From Gracilinanus agilis (taxonomy: Eukaryota), in contig NC_058133.1 of assembly GCF_016433145.1 (NCBI RefSeq), forward strand, positions 474,277,074 through 474,335,353: a DNA stretch of 58,280 bases. Direction: 5' to 3'. The first letter of the stretch is position 1. The number at the start of each line of letters is the position of its first letter. Position numbers and translations under genes: made by a program. Below, piece after piece: positions 24,501-34,600 of this stretch. The notes under the pieces were generated by a model. It saw nothing but the letters and a program-made list of their open reading frames with translations, was not told where the DNA came from and made no database searches.

Positions 24501-27500
24501 GCCAAATTTTGGAGGGGACAGTGAACACAGACTTTTGGAGAAATAGGGAGAGGGATGAACTTCTTCCGGATCAGCCTCTAGTTTATTAAATGCATCTTTC
24601 GGCTCCTTTAAAAACATCAGAACGTGGACACATCACCGGCCCTCCATGAGCACCTCTCCTGTTTGCCACAGTTCCTCAAAGATCACTGACAACTTTTCAG
24701 CAATTTAATAAACAGTTCAGCATCTCTCACCTAGCCTTCTTCCAATTCTCATTTCTGTTGAGAGTCCTGCCTTCAGCCCTGTAACCTCAGCGTCATCTTT
24801 GACTCTTCCCTCTCCATGCCCTCTAACCTCATATCCAATGAATTGACAAATCTTATCAGTACCTTGCTTTATATCTTGCCAACATCTTTTATACATGGCC
24901 CCTCCTCTGGCATTAACACTCACCACATAATTATTATAACAGCTTCCAAACTGGTTGCCCTGCCTCTCCAATTCCCCCTTCAAAAAAACTACCAGAATCT
25001 CTCTAAGACACATACCTGACTATGTTCGTTATTCCCCTGCTCAAAAACCGATTGTTTCAATGATCAAAGAAAAATTCTGAGTTTAGCATTCAAAGTCCTC
25101 AACAGTCTGGTTCCAACCTACCTTTCCAGTCTTATTTCACATTATTCCCCTTCAAGTATTCTACATTTCAGCCAAACTGAGCTAAGAGTTCTTGAACTCA
25201 GCATGACATCTCCAAGCTTTGTGTGGTCCCACAAGCTAAGATGTGCCTGGAATGTACCACTCCCTCTTCAGATCTGACTTTCTGATTCTTTACTTCCCAT
25301 TCAAGGCTCAGCTCAGGTGTTTATTAACTTCCCTGTGTCGACTTTTGCTCCTTAAATATTGCCTTTGTCTGACTTCTCCTTTGTCCAATTCTCTCCCTGT
25401 CACAAAATATTCTTTTTATTCTTATCAGTGCACATGTTGTATTCCCCCCAATAGAATGTAAACTCTTTGGAAATATCTCATTTTTGTCTTCGTATCTCTA
25501 GCACCTAGCACAGTGCCTGGCTCATAGTTGGCTTAACCTCTCTGCTGAATTGAGTTTTCCTTAACAAAGGAAAAAGAAATAAAATGGGATTTGGGAAATT
25601 CTGCATTTTCTTTGTCATCCATTAAAACAAGATCCCATCCTCCCCAAATCTGGATCTCTTCTTTTCTGGTTGTTCTTGCCTCTAACACATATTTGTTAAG
25701 CCCTTCTTGTTTTTAGAATTTATCATGAGTCTCAGTTGAAGGACCCTATTCAGATTGCACAACTAAGAGGACAAGACTTCCATATTCAACTATTTGAAGG
25801 GACAGTAATATGGAAGATATAGTATTGATTTTAGGGAAGGAAGGGATCTTAGAAGTGATCCTTGAAAACCTCTTGTTTTTTAGTCCAGAGAACTGAGGTG
25901 ACTTCCCCAAGGTCATACAACTAGTAAGTATCTGAGCCAAGATCTGAAACCAGATCCTTTGCCTTCCCAACCGAAGTTCTTTTCTCTAGCGAGCCTTGGA
26001 CTTACTCTGCTTGGCTCCAACAGGGCAAACTAAATTAAACAGACAGAAGTTTAACAGAAGGTGAACTTCATCTCAATATAAGGCTAGACTGCCCAATATA
26101 GAGAGCTTTTAAAAAATGAGAAGGACTACCTCGTAAGGTAAAGAGCTTCCCATCACTGGAAATATTCAGTCAGAAAATGGACAACCACTTGTCAGTGATA
26201 TAATGCAGGGATTTATATTTTGGGAAGAATTCGGAGTAGATGATCCCTAAGGTCCCTTTCAAATTTATAATTATTGTGGAGGCATCAAATAAATTAAATT
26301 TGTTGGGCTAGAGAAATATGGAGAAAAACTGACACCTGAAATAGAAACTTAGAAGAATTATGGGGAAAGAATTATTACAACTCCAAATTTACATTCTACT
26401 TGCTTCTATTTCCTCCCCACTCTCACTCCCCTATCAAAAAGCATAGGGGGGGGCAGCTGGGTAGCTCAGTGGATTGAGAGCCAGACCTAGAGATGGGAGG
26501 TCCTAGGTTCAAATCCGGCCTCAGACATTTCCCAGCTGTGTGGCCCTGGGCAAGTCACTTAACCCCCATTGCCCACCCTCACCACTCTTCCACCTAGGAG
26601 CCAATACATAGAAGTTAAGGGTTTAAAAAAAAAAAAAAAGCATAGGGGGCAGCTAGGTAGTAGATTGAGAGTCAGGCCTAGAAACAGGAGGTCCTAGATT
26701 CAAATCCGGCCTCAGACACTTTCCAGCTATGTGACCCTGGACAAGTCACTTGACCCCCACTGCCCACCCTTACCACTCTTCCACCTAGGAGCCAATACAC
26801 AGAAGTTAAGGGTTTAAAAATGTAAAAAAATAAAATTAAAAAAATTTAAAATTAAAAAAGCATAAGCAATGGGTGGGGGGAGTGTCTGTTGTCTCCCAGA
26901 ATCTCTCCCTGTTTCGTTCTTATTTCCTGTCCCCCAGGTCCTCCCATCCCCGCCCTCCATTATCCCTGCCCCACCTCACCAAGCCACCATTATTGCCTGC
27001 GCAGTGTGGGTTTCTCGTCCTTCTCTCCGGCTCAGATTCCTTGCAGCCCTCACGACCTCTTCCTTGGTCCGGAAATCTCCAAGTGACCATTCATGGACAG
27101 CAGTCTCCCCATACTGAACCAGCCCAACCTGGGGAGGGACAGCTTTGAGGATGCTTCTTCTGGCTGCCCTTGCCCAGGCACAAATTTCTGACTCCCCCTG
27201 GCACTCGGACTGCTCTCCTCACCTGAATCTGTTCAGGGTCTATGAACAGCCTCCCCACCAATCTGCGCAGGAAAGTCTGAACCTCAGCCCAGGGGTAGAT
27301 GCTGTTGGAACCATCCAGGACAATGACCACATCCATGTATGTAGGGCAGCCTAGATTTTTGAGGCAGGGAATGGTGAGGCTAAAGGATATCAGGGCTAGT
27401 GGAGAGGCAGTGAAAAGAACACCAGTGGGCATAAGTCCAAGCTCTGCTTTGTAGTAGCTATGTGACCTTGGGCAAGTCCCATTTCCTGATCTGGAAAATG

Positions 27501-30199
27501 GGTTAATAATAACCCTTTCTTTTAAGTGTTTTTGTGAGGATCGAATAAGACATAAGTAAAGGGCTTAGCACAGAGCCTGGCACATAGTGGGTGCTTGCTC
27601 TTTTCCCTCCCCCCATCCTCTTCCCCTGGCTCACGCTGGGCAGTAGGAGCTAAACTCCCCCAGGGCCGGAATGAGGCATCCACTTGGGCACAGATCCCAG
27701 AGCTGAACACTGAGGTACCACAGGCACGAGACCACAGCGGGGCACAGGCCTGGGGAAGGAGAAACAGGGTGGAAATGTTATTCCCGGATCCCAGGGTAGC
27801 ATTCCATTCCCCATTCTCAAGGCCCAGCTAGAAGTTACAGGCATCCCTTGTTCCTCCTTGGTCTCTCATTTGGTCCTTCCCTACCTCCTGCACTATTAAC
27901 TTCCTGCCCCTCTCCTCAACAGACCCCCATAGGCTCCCCCCAGATCATTCACTGCCATGACCCCTCTCAGGGGCACCTCACCATGAACCCGCCATCCGCA
28001 TCTATTTTCAGCAGTGACATCCCAAGGTGCATGTTCACAGCCCGACTTGATGAGTTTCCTAGTGGATAGTCACCTGGAGACGGTATTGAAGTTGGGGAAC
28101 ATGGGTTTGTGGGACATGAATTCATAAGAGAAGGAGGATTTAGGAAATCCCAGGACAGGATAGGAGAGTCTTACTGGGGAGTGGGGAGGCTAGGGAAACG
28201 AGGGGCCCAGAATAGGACAGAAGAGGGAAGTGGAAAGGGAGAGGCATCTCCTTACCCAGATGGCCCTTGGCACATGAGGCATTAGGCCATTCCTCCACAG
28301 GGCAGAGATAAACATCTCCTCTCCTGTCCCCTGAAGGTCCATCCCAAGGGGCACCCACCAATATCCTGCAGAACAGGGGCGGCAAGAACAGGAGCATGGG
28401 GAAAGATAGACTGAATGCTAGAGCCCTCAGTTGGTAACCATCCCAGGAAATCAGTTCAGCAACTTGTATTCCTCCCTTCAAACAAGACCCCAGATAAGCA
28501 CTCCATCCCTTCTGAAAGTAATGAAATGAAAAATTCAAAAAATTGACAATTGAATGGGAATGATTTCTTTATTATTGATGGTTCACGTGGGATAATCTGG
28601 CCTAACCTAAGTTATATCCTCACTTCCCCACCGGTGTCCCTTTTATCAGCACCACCACAATCCTAACCCCTTCTTGGGTTCCTTTCACCATCACAGCCCC
28701 CCACATCTTCCCAGGCTTCCCTCACCATCGACGTCCTCCCCCCACATGCTGTAAGACACTGTATCCAAACTCGGCCTCTGGTGGTCCTGGAAATAGTCGG
28801 GGATGACTAGCGTCCAAGTTGAAGGGGGAGCAGAGCCCTGGGAGAGGGAGGGAAGAAGGGAGGGAGGCAGGATCAGTCATCAGGTCAAAGGCTAAGGTGG
28901 TTGGCCAAGGGAAGAAACTGCACCATGGCAGTGTTGGCCCAAGCCTGTCCATCCCTCTCCTGAATGTGGAGCTCTGAAACGAAGTTTCCATCCGTGTGTC
29001 TGGTGGCCAAGGGTACATTCTACCTTGTGTTTCTATCCAGATGTCCTGTTCATCCTGTCTCTGGCCCTTAGCCACAATGACATACCCAGCTGTGTCTTCA
29101 TTCCCGCCCCCGAAATCGCTTTCACAGAATCAATCAGAAGGGTCAGATTACTCGCCCCCACTTCTCCTCCCTCCCTTCACCCAACCTGGACAGCTTTAAC
29201 AAGGATAGGGGGCTGGGAGCTTCCCGCAGTGCCAGAAAAAGCCCCTGTAGACCTGAGCCTAAAGGGACCATGAAAGGACAGAGGGCTATCTGTCTCTCCC
29301 CATCATTCAGCGTTAGTGTGTCCTATGCGCACGCACACAGATTCCTGTGTCTTAGGTCTCAGCCCCGGAAACCTCAGTGGCAATTACCCGGGTGGGGCAG
29401 CCTGCCCACACACAAATTTCTCTCTCCCCACCGCAGGGGTCCCAGAGCCTGCCACCCTTCTGCCTTCCCAGTAAATCAACATCCCACCCCCTAACAAGGA
29501 CCCTGTCCACTCTCTGAATAACTTAGTCCCCTCCTGGGGACCCCACAGAGGTGTCCTAGGGGGTCCCTGTGTTCCTAACCCAACCTCTCTCCAGGCTCAA
29601 AGATGGTAATTTGGGAAACACAGATTACAGGGGAAAGCCAAGATCCCCTCAAACCAAGGCTGAGCCACCCCCACCTTTTAGGGTTCCCTCCCTCCCATCC
29701 CTCCCCCTACTCTCTTCTGAACGAATGCCTGTTGGAACAAAAGAATGTCTTTAACATCTTTCATTCTAGACACTAGAAATCAGTAGATGGGATGGAAACT
29801 GCATGTGGCCCGCTGGTCCTTCTCAGGATGCTAGCACTAAGGCTCTGAGGGTGAGGAGCCACATGGGGGTAGCCAAGGGGGCACAGGAGGACTCTGGGCA
29901 CCAGATCCAGGCAACTGGGCAAAGGCTCTCACCAGCACCCTAGATCTCCCCCAGTATCAACTTGTGAGGAGGGAGTAATTCCTGGCCACAGTCGACACAG
30001 ACTTAGTGGCTCTTCTCAGAGCCCTGTCCACAGGGCTCCCATCAATGGGCTGTCCCCTGCCCAACGAAGGACACTTTTAGCCCTAAGGTCCCAGCCCCAA
30101 GCCCTCCCACATACCTCCCTTCCGACCAAACGGGTAACCTCCCTCACCTGCCAGGAGCAACAGGGGTAGGGTGAGGTGAGGGGTGAGGGGCAGCTCCAT
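10019..30199 (-). CDS. ITGA10: Integrin alpha-10, complete 30-exon CDS, 1165 aa
   Basis: Exons in transcript order: 30148-30199, 28726-28837, 28256-28365, 27982-28073, 27635-27749, 27223-27350, 26980-27128, 21290-21440, 20917-21082, 20277-20350, 19872-20016, 19115-19263, 18709-18852, 18398-18598, 17763-17893, 17440-17606, 17202-17344, 16955-17068, 16688-16773, 15667-15808, 15251-15343, 14667-14743, 14469-14558, 14045-14129, 13774-13887, 12734-12814, 12512-12625, 10751-10846, 10490-10603, 10019-10081. Total 3498 nt, all GT-AG, phases consistent. Signal peptide [18 protein letters not shown]; I-domain MIDAS DGSNS; FG-GAP and DxDxDG repeats; [25 protein letters not shown]; tail [21 protein letters not shown]. 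Sequence and neighbours match ITGA10. Confidence 0.97.
11800..12260 (+). mobile_element. GC-shifted L1 3'-end-like relic in ITGA10 intron 27
   Basis: TTTTTCATTCTTTGATAAAAGGGACGGCTCTCTGGG...GAGGGATGTATGGGGAAATGAAGGCGA resembles a marsupial L1 3' UTR but carries many CpGs. Confidence 0.4.
13297..13705. repeat. 28-bp minisatellite, 15 visible units, in ITGA10 intron 25
   Basis: Core CCCAGGAACTAAGGA starts at 13308, 13336, 13364, 13392, 13411 (after a single n at 13410), then every 28 bp from 13439 to 13691. Confidence 0.97.
16238..16269. repeat. (AC)n microsatellite
   Basis: Directly visible. Confidence 0.95.
16345..16540 (-). mobile_element. Marsupial SINE
   Basis: Same consensus, reversed. 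Confidence 0.75.
19574..19715. other. Assembly gap (N run) in ITGA10 intron 11
   Basis: 142 n next to (GAGAA)n. Confidence 1.
19716..19812. repeat. (GAGAA)n microsatellite adjoining an assembly gap
   Basis: Directly visible. Confidence 0.95.
20598..20786 (-). mobile_element. Opossum-type SINE inserted in a CR1/L3-like 3' fragment
   Basis: Reverse complement of the SINE consensus ending CCACTGAGCCACCCAGCTGCCCCC; flanks resemble a CR1/L3 3' end. Confidence 0.8.
21487..21544. repeat. (CT)n microsatellite plus C-run, about 45 bp from the ITGA10 exon 8 acceptor
   Basis: Directly visible. Confidence 0.95.
23540..25560 (+). mobile_element. Cluster of L2 fragments in ITGA10 intron 7
   Basis: GAACTCATTATCTTTC..CCCAAACC, TTAGCATTCAAAGTCCTC and CCTAGCACAGTGCCTGGC L2 3' motifs. 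Confidence 0.6.
25990..26270 (+). mobile_element. CR1/L3 3' fragment
   Basis: GAGCTTCCCATCACTGGAAATATTC...GGACAACCACTTGTC...GATCCCTAAGGTCCCTTTCAA. Confidence 0.6.
26446..26854 (+). mobile_element. Two head-to-tail opossum-type SINEs (26446-26634, 26645-26854)
   Basis: Two near-full SINE bodies with A tails, bounded and separated by three copies of AAAAAGCATA. Confidence 0.9.
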
Positions 30200-30269
30200 T
30201 CCTGGCCGTTCTTCTGGGTCTGAGGAGTTCTCTGTGCTCCTGTCCCGGAGTGTTTCTCTACTTGCCCTC

Positions 30270-30310
30270 CTGTCCCGCCCCCCTCCCATTGGCAGCTAAA
30301 AATAAAGTCG
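30270..30310 (-). promoter_or_regulatory. ITGA10 proximal promoter: GC box, CCAAT box, MEF2 consensus
   Basis: CCCGCCCC 30274-30281, ATTGG 30288-30292, CTAAAAATAA 30296-30305; about 75-105 bp upstream of the ATG. Confidence 0.55.
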
Positions 30311-30864
30311 GACTGGCCAGGAGGAGGGATGCTGGGGAACTTGGAGGGAACTCCACACCAAAGCCAGGGGCCAGCGGGGCGGGCTTCTCGCCCTCCCCTG
30401 CTGCCCCCTGGCGGCCTCCTAGGGAAGGCCCAGCAGAGGCATCTACTCACCTCACCTATCCCTTGGGTCATTTGGTTTGTTTCCTGGCAGGGGGGGGGGA
30501 GGTTTGGGGATTCCCTAAGAGTACCACCAGAGGCAGAGACATCCCACTTCCCTGCCCCACAGAATAGGACTTATTCTGTCACAAGCTGTGGCTGCATGTG
30601 AATAAACTGGAGTGTTTTAGGAGCAAGGCATGGTTCAAGGGGAAAGTCAGTTCTCACACAAGGCTTGTGGAATCAAGCTCTGGACTTTATAGTTGTCAGC
30701 TGAGCCCCTGAAGACAGACAGCCTCTCTGTTCCTTTCGCATCTCTAGCACCGAGGCCGGCCCCCTGAGCAGTGCAATCAGTACTTGATGATGATGGCCAA
30801 CACCACAGAGCTAGAGCAGAGGCCCCCAAATGACCAATCCAAAGGTCAATGAGCAAGACTCATC

Positions 30865-30870
30865 TTTAAT
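30865..30870 (-). terminator. Probable PEX11B poly(A) signal ATTAAA
   Basis: TTTAAT on +, about 750 nt past the stop, with a U/G-rich tract downstream on the minus strand. Confidence 0.55.
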
Positions 30871-31616
30871 CTGTTGCCCTTTGAGTTGGCCAGCGGGCAG
30901 TGGCTTTGGCCAGAGCTATTTACAGGTCATTGTACAGTATTTACAGTAGGATGCTGAACCCAGACAGCATCATAGGTAGGGAATGAGACTGGAAGGTAAA
31001 AGGGCCTGAGAAACAAAAGCCATGACCAAGAATACAGGAGTGAGGACAGAAGAGGAAGAAAAAATGGCACCAATGGACAAAAAGCTGAGGGGAGACAACT
31101 GGGCCATTCTCCATCCAGCCCATCGTCCTCTGTACCAAAAGAGGAATAGCTAAGGCATTATGGATCAAAATCCTGAGTCTCTCTTCTTTCCTCAAGGGAA
31201 AGGTACCTAGTAATGAAATAACTGGGATAAAGGATGAGGAAGAAATTAGTCTCAGAAACAAATCTGAGAGGGAAATTAGAAAAAAGTAAGATGATAACTA
31301 TACATGTTTGTAATAGGGGTTTTTTCTTTCTCAATGGGGGAGTGGGAGAGAGAGGAGGAGGATTTTTATTGATTGAAAAAAATAAAATTTAATTTAAAAT
31401 AGCAAGAAGAGACTCAAGAGACATAAAGAATCAGTGCAATAAGAGAGGGAGAGAATTATCCCATTGAACCCAAGGGCCACCCTTTATCCCCTAGTCATTC
31501 TTCATCTCTAATTCTTTTAACTAGAAGGAAAGTCAGGGTAACAATGGAACAAGAGAAAGAACCTGCCACCTCTCTCCATTTTCAGCTCAGACTCTCCTCC
31601 ACCCTACAATTTAGTG

Positions 31617-34600
31617 TCAGGGCTTGAGTCGAAGCCAAGGACAGAGCAAGGTGAGGATAGATAGGATGGAGGACACCAGACCACAGAGCCCCACAACTCC
31701 AGGGCCACAACGCCACAGGCCTAGCTTGTCCAGAGGGATGAAGAGGTCACAAGTATTTCTGACCACATCTAGCAGGAGGGGAGGATGGCCTCGTAGAACC
31801 CGGGCGAGGAGAAGAACCTGAAGTCGAAGCTGCAGGGCCAGATAGGGCAGACTCCCTCCTGGGGCACTGCCCCCCACTGCAACCTCAGCTTCGCCACCTC
31901 CCAGGGTCCCTCCTGCTGAGCCCTTCAGCCGACGGCCACAAGTTGAAGACTCCTGCTCCATCAGTAGTCGGATCTCATAGGCATCACGGCTCAAATTCAT
32001 GATGAGGGAAAATAAGTAGTACCTGGGACAAAGGTACAAAGTAGAAAGATCAGTATGATGGAGGGAAATCTGAGCTCATCCTCACATGATTAAGACATTT
32101 TCTTCTGGCTTATTGTGCTAAAAAAATCACATCAGATCACCCCCAATCACATGCCTTTTCCCCATTCTGGAATGTGTTCCTACTTTTTCATTACCAATTG
32201 GCATTCCTCAATACCTTTGAAACCTTGCTCAAAACTTAGGAAACATTCTGATACTAACCTCACCTAATTGGGCTCCCTGCTCTACCTAGAACTTCGATAT
32301 CCAGTTTATACAGCATTAATAGGCACTGTTTTTCCTCCTACAAAAATGAGCCTTACTTGTTTCTAGTTTATATTTAGTCTCCGTAGCTACAGGAGATTCT
32401 AAGTTACTATCTAACTTCCTAGGGGAAAAGTCCCTTTCCCTGAATCTTCCAACCACACAGTAGGTGTGTGACAGATGCTTCTATAACTGAATTTCAATCT
32501 TTCATCTTTTTTTGTATTTACTCAACAGCACCTGGTATAATGCTCTAATTATGGTAGACACTGAAAAATTCTGCTTATTGGTACTCCAGAGAGCACCACC
32601 CACATGCACAGTTATGTCTACACTGGCAAATGACTAAGAAGGAAGTTTGAGATGGCAGGAGGAATAAGATGAAAGGCAGATATATAGAAACTACAAAGAC
32701 CACAGACTAGGAAATAGGAATGATAAAGAATGAAAGGAAAGGGAAGGAAGGGTATCATAGCCAGAGTAGGCTGCCCCAAGTTTTTTCTTAGATCTGGGAG
32801 TTCATCAGTTCAGAAAGCTTCCAGTGAAGACCAATGCAGATCTGCACCTTCTCTGCATCTGTCTGCCTTACAGAGCTGCCTGGGCATTGAGTGGCAATAG
32901 GACAGAGCCCAGAGCCACACAGCCAATGTGTCAGAGGCAACACTTTACCCAGGTTTTCCTGACTCAAAGGTCAGCTGCTACAATTCCTAATGTCTTCTAT
33001 TCCATAAAATCTTGGCATCTTTTAATAATAATATTAGACATTTTGAGTATGCCTTAAACACTGAAAATGACTTTATATACATTATCTTATTCTGACCTCA
33101 TAAAAGATCCTTGAAGGTAGACAACTGTATTATTGCCCCAGTTTTTACAAATTGGGGAAGCTGTGGTTCAAAGTGAGTACATGACTTGCACACAGTTGCC
33201 TAGTCAGTGAGTCAGAGCAGGATTTGAATCCAAGTCTTCCCAACTGAGAATCTAGTATTCTATCCATAAACATCCCCTCGCCCACAGGAAGATCAGAATC
33301 AGTGGAATCAAGATTCAAATGGTTAAGGTGTGCTGGTTTGGGGTGGCCAGCTGTCACTGAAGGCTCATTTTCCCAGGTCTTAGAGAGAAGGTCCCCAAGG
33401 TGAGATGAAGTGCAAGAGCAGAGGAGTCTCTAACCTGAATGAACGCTGGGCCCATTTCTCCTGGTCCACAAAGGGAGCCAGCCCAGCCTTTCCAGCCCAC
33501 AAGACGTTGTCACAGGCGAAGTACAAGGCTCGATTGAGATGGCTGACAGTGATGCAGAACCGAAGGACGACATCTGACAGATGCACAGCCCGTTTGGCGG
33601 ACTCGAGGGCATCTGCTGAATTACCCAGGCGAAGAACTGCATGGGAAAAGGGTAAGGGGAGAGGTGAGACAGGAGAGGCAAATGCAGCAAATAAGAAGAG
33701 AGCTGAACAAGATGGCCAAGGGCAGACAAAACAAGCCTAAGTGACAGAGGCTGGCAGTGGGCAGTGAGGGGCAATAATATGAGCAAGACCCTTGTGCTCT
33801 GAAATCTTATATTTCTTACCAGGTAGTACTAGTTAAAACATCAACTGAAAATCTGTTATTTCAGCATTAGTCAAGCTTAAATTGCAGCATCGATCACCTG
33901 TACTAGATCTGTAATGTTCTAGACTAGGCATCAGCTTTGTGCTGCTCTGTTTTTATTAATTTCTCATATTGTTCTATATTTACTTTAGTTCTGAACTGTA
34001 AGATGTAATTAATTACCTATAGCTGTCCTCCAACGTACTACATCCCCATCCCTGCTCCCTTCATTGAAGAAAATATTACCAGGAAAGTTAGCAAAGCCTC
34101 TCTCACACTGACAAATGATGACAAGGTGGACAATGGGGAGAATATGAGATTTGCTTACTCAGGGCTCTGGCAGTCCAGAAGGATCTCCCAAACCTACACA
34201 TACTCCTTATTCCTTACAACATACATGTCAAAGCCAAAAACATATCTCCACCTGAATTCGACCATGTCCATTTTCCAGGGTTTTGGGGAAAGGTGAAGAT
34301 TTTTCTGGAATGGGAGATGACAAGCCCCAAGACCCTGCTGACCCTGATCCACAGAGAAGCAGAGCTACTACTCCACACTTGGTGATGCTACTTCATTATC
34401 TATTGAGCTAGCTACTGCACCACCCCTGAGAGCTGCTATTCTATCAGCTTCAGAGCTGCAACTCCACAAACTCAGAGGCTAATCCATCAGGCCAGGGCTA
34501 TGGGGCTACTATAAACCTGGGGCTGCCACTCCATCACCCATTAAGCTACTCTATTAGTCACCAGGCTAATCCATTAGCCCCAAGGCTATTCCATCTGCTA

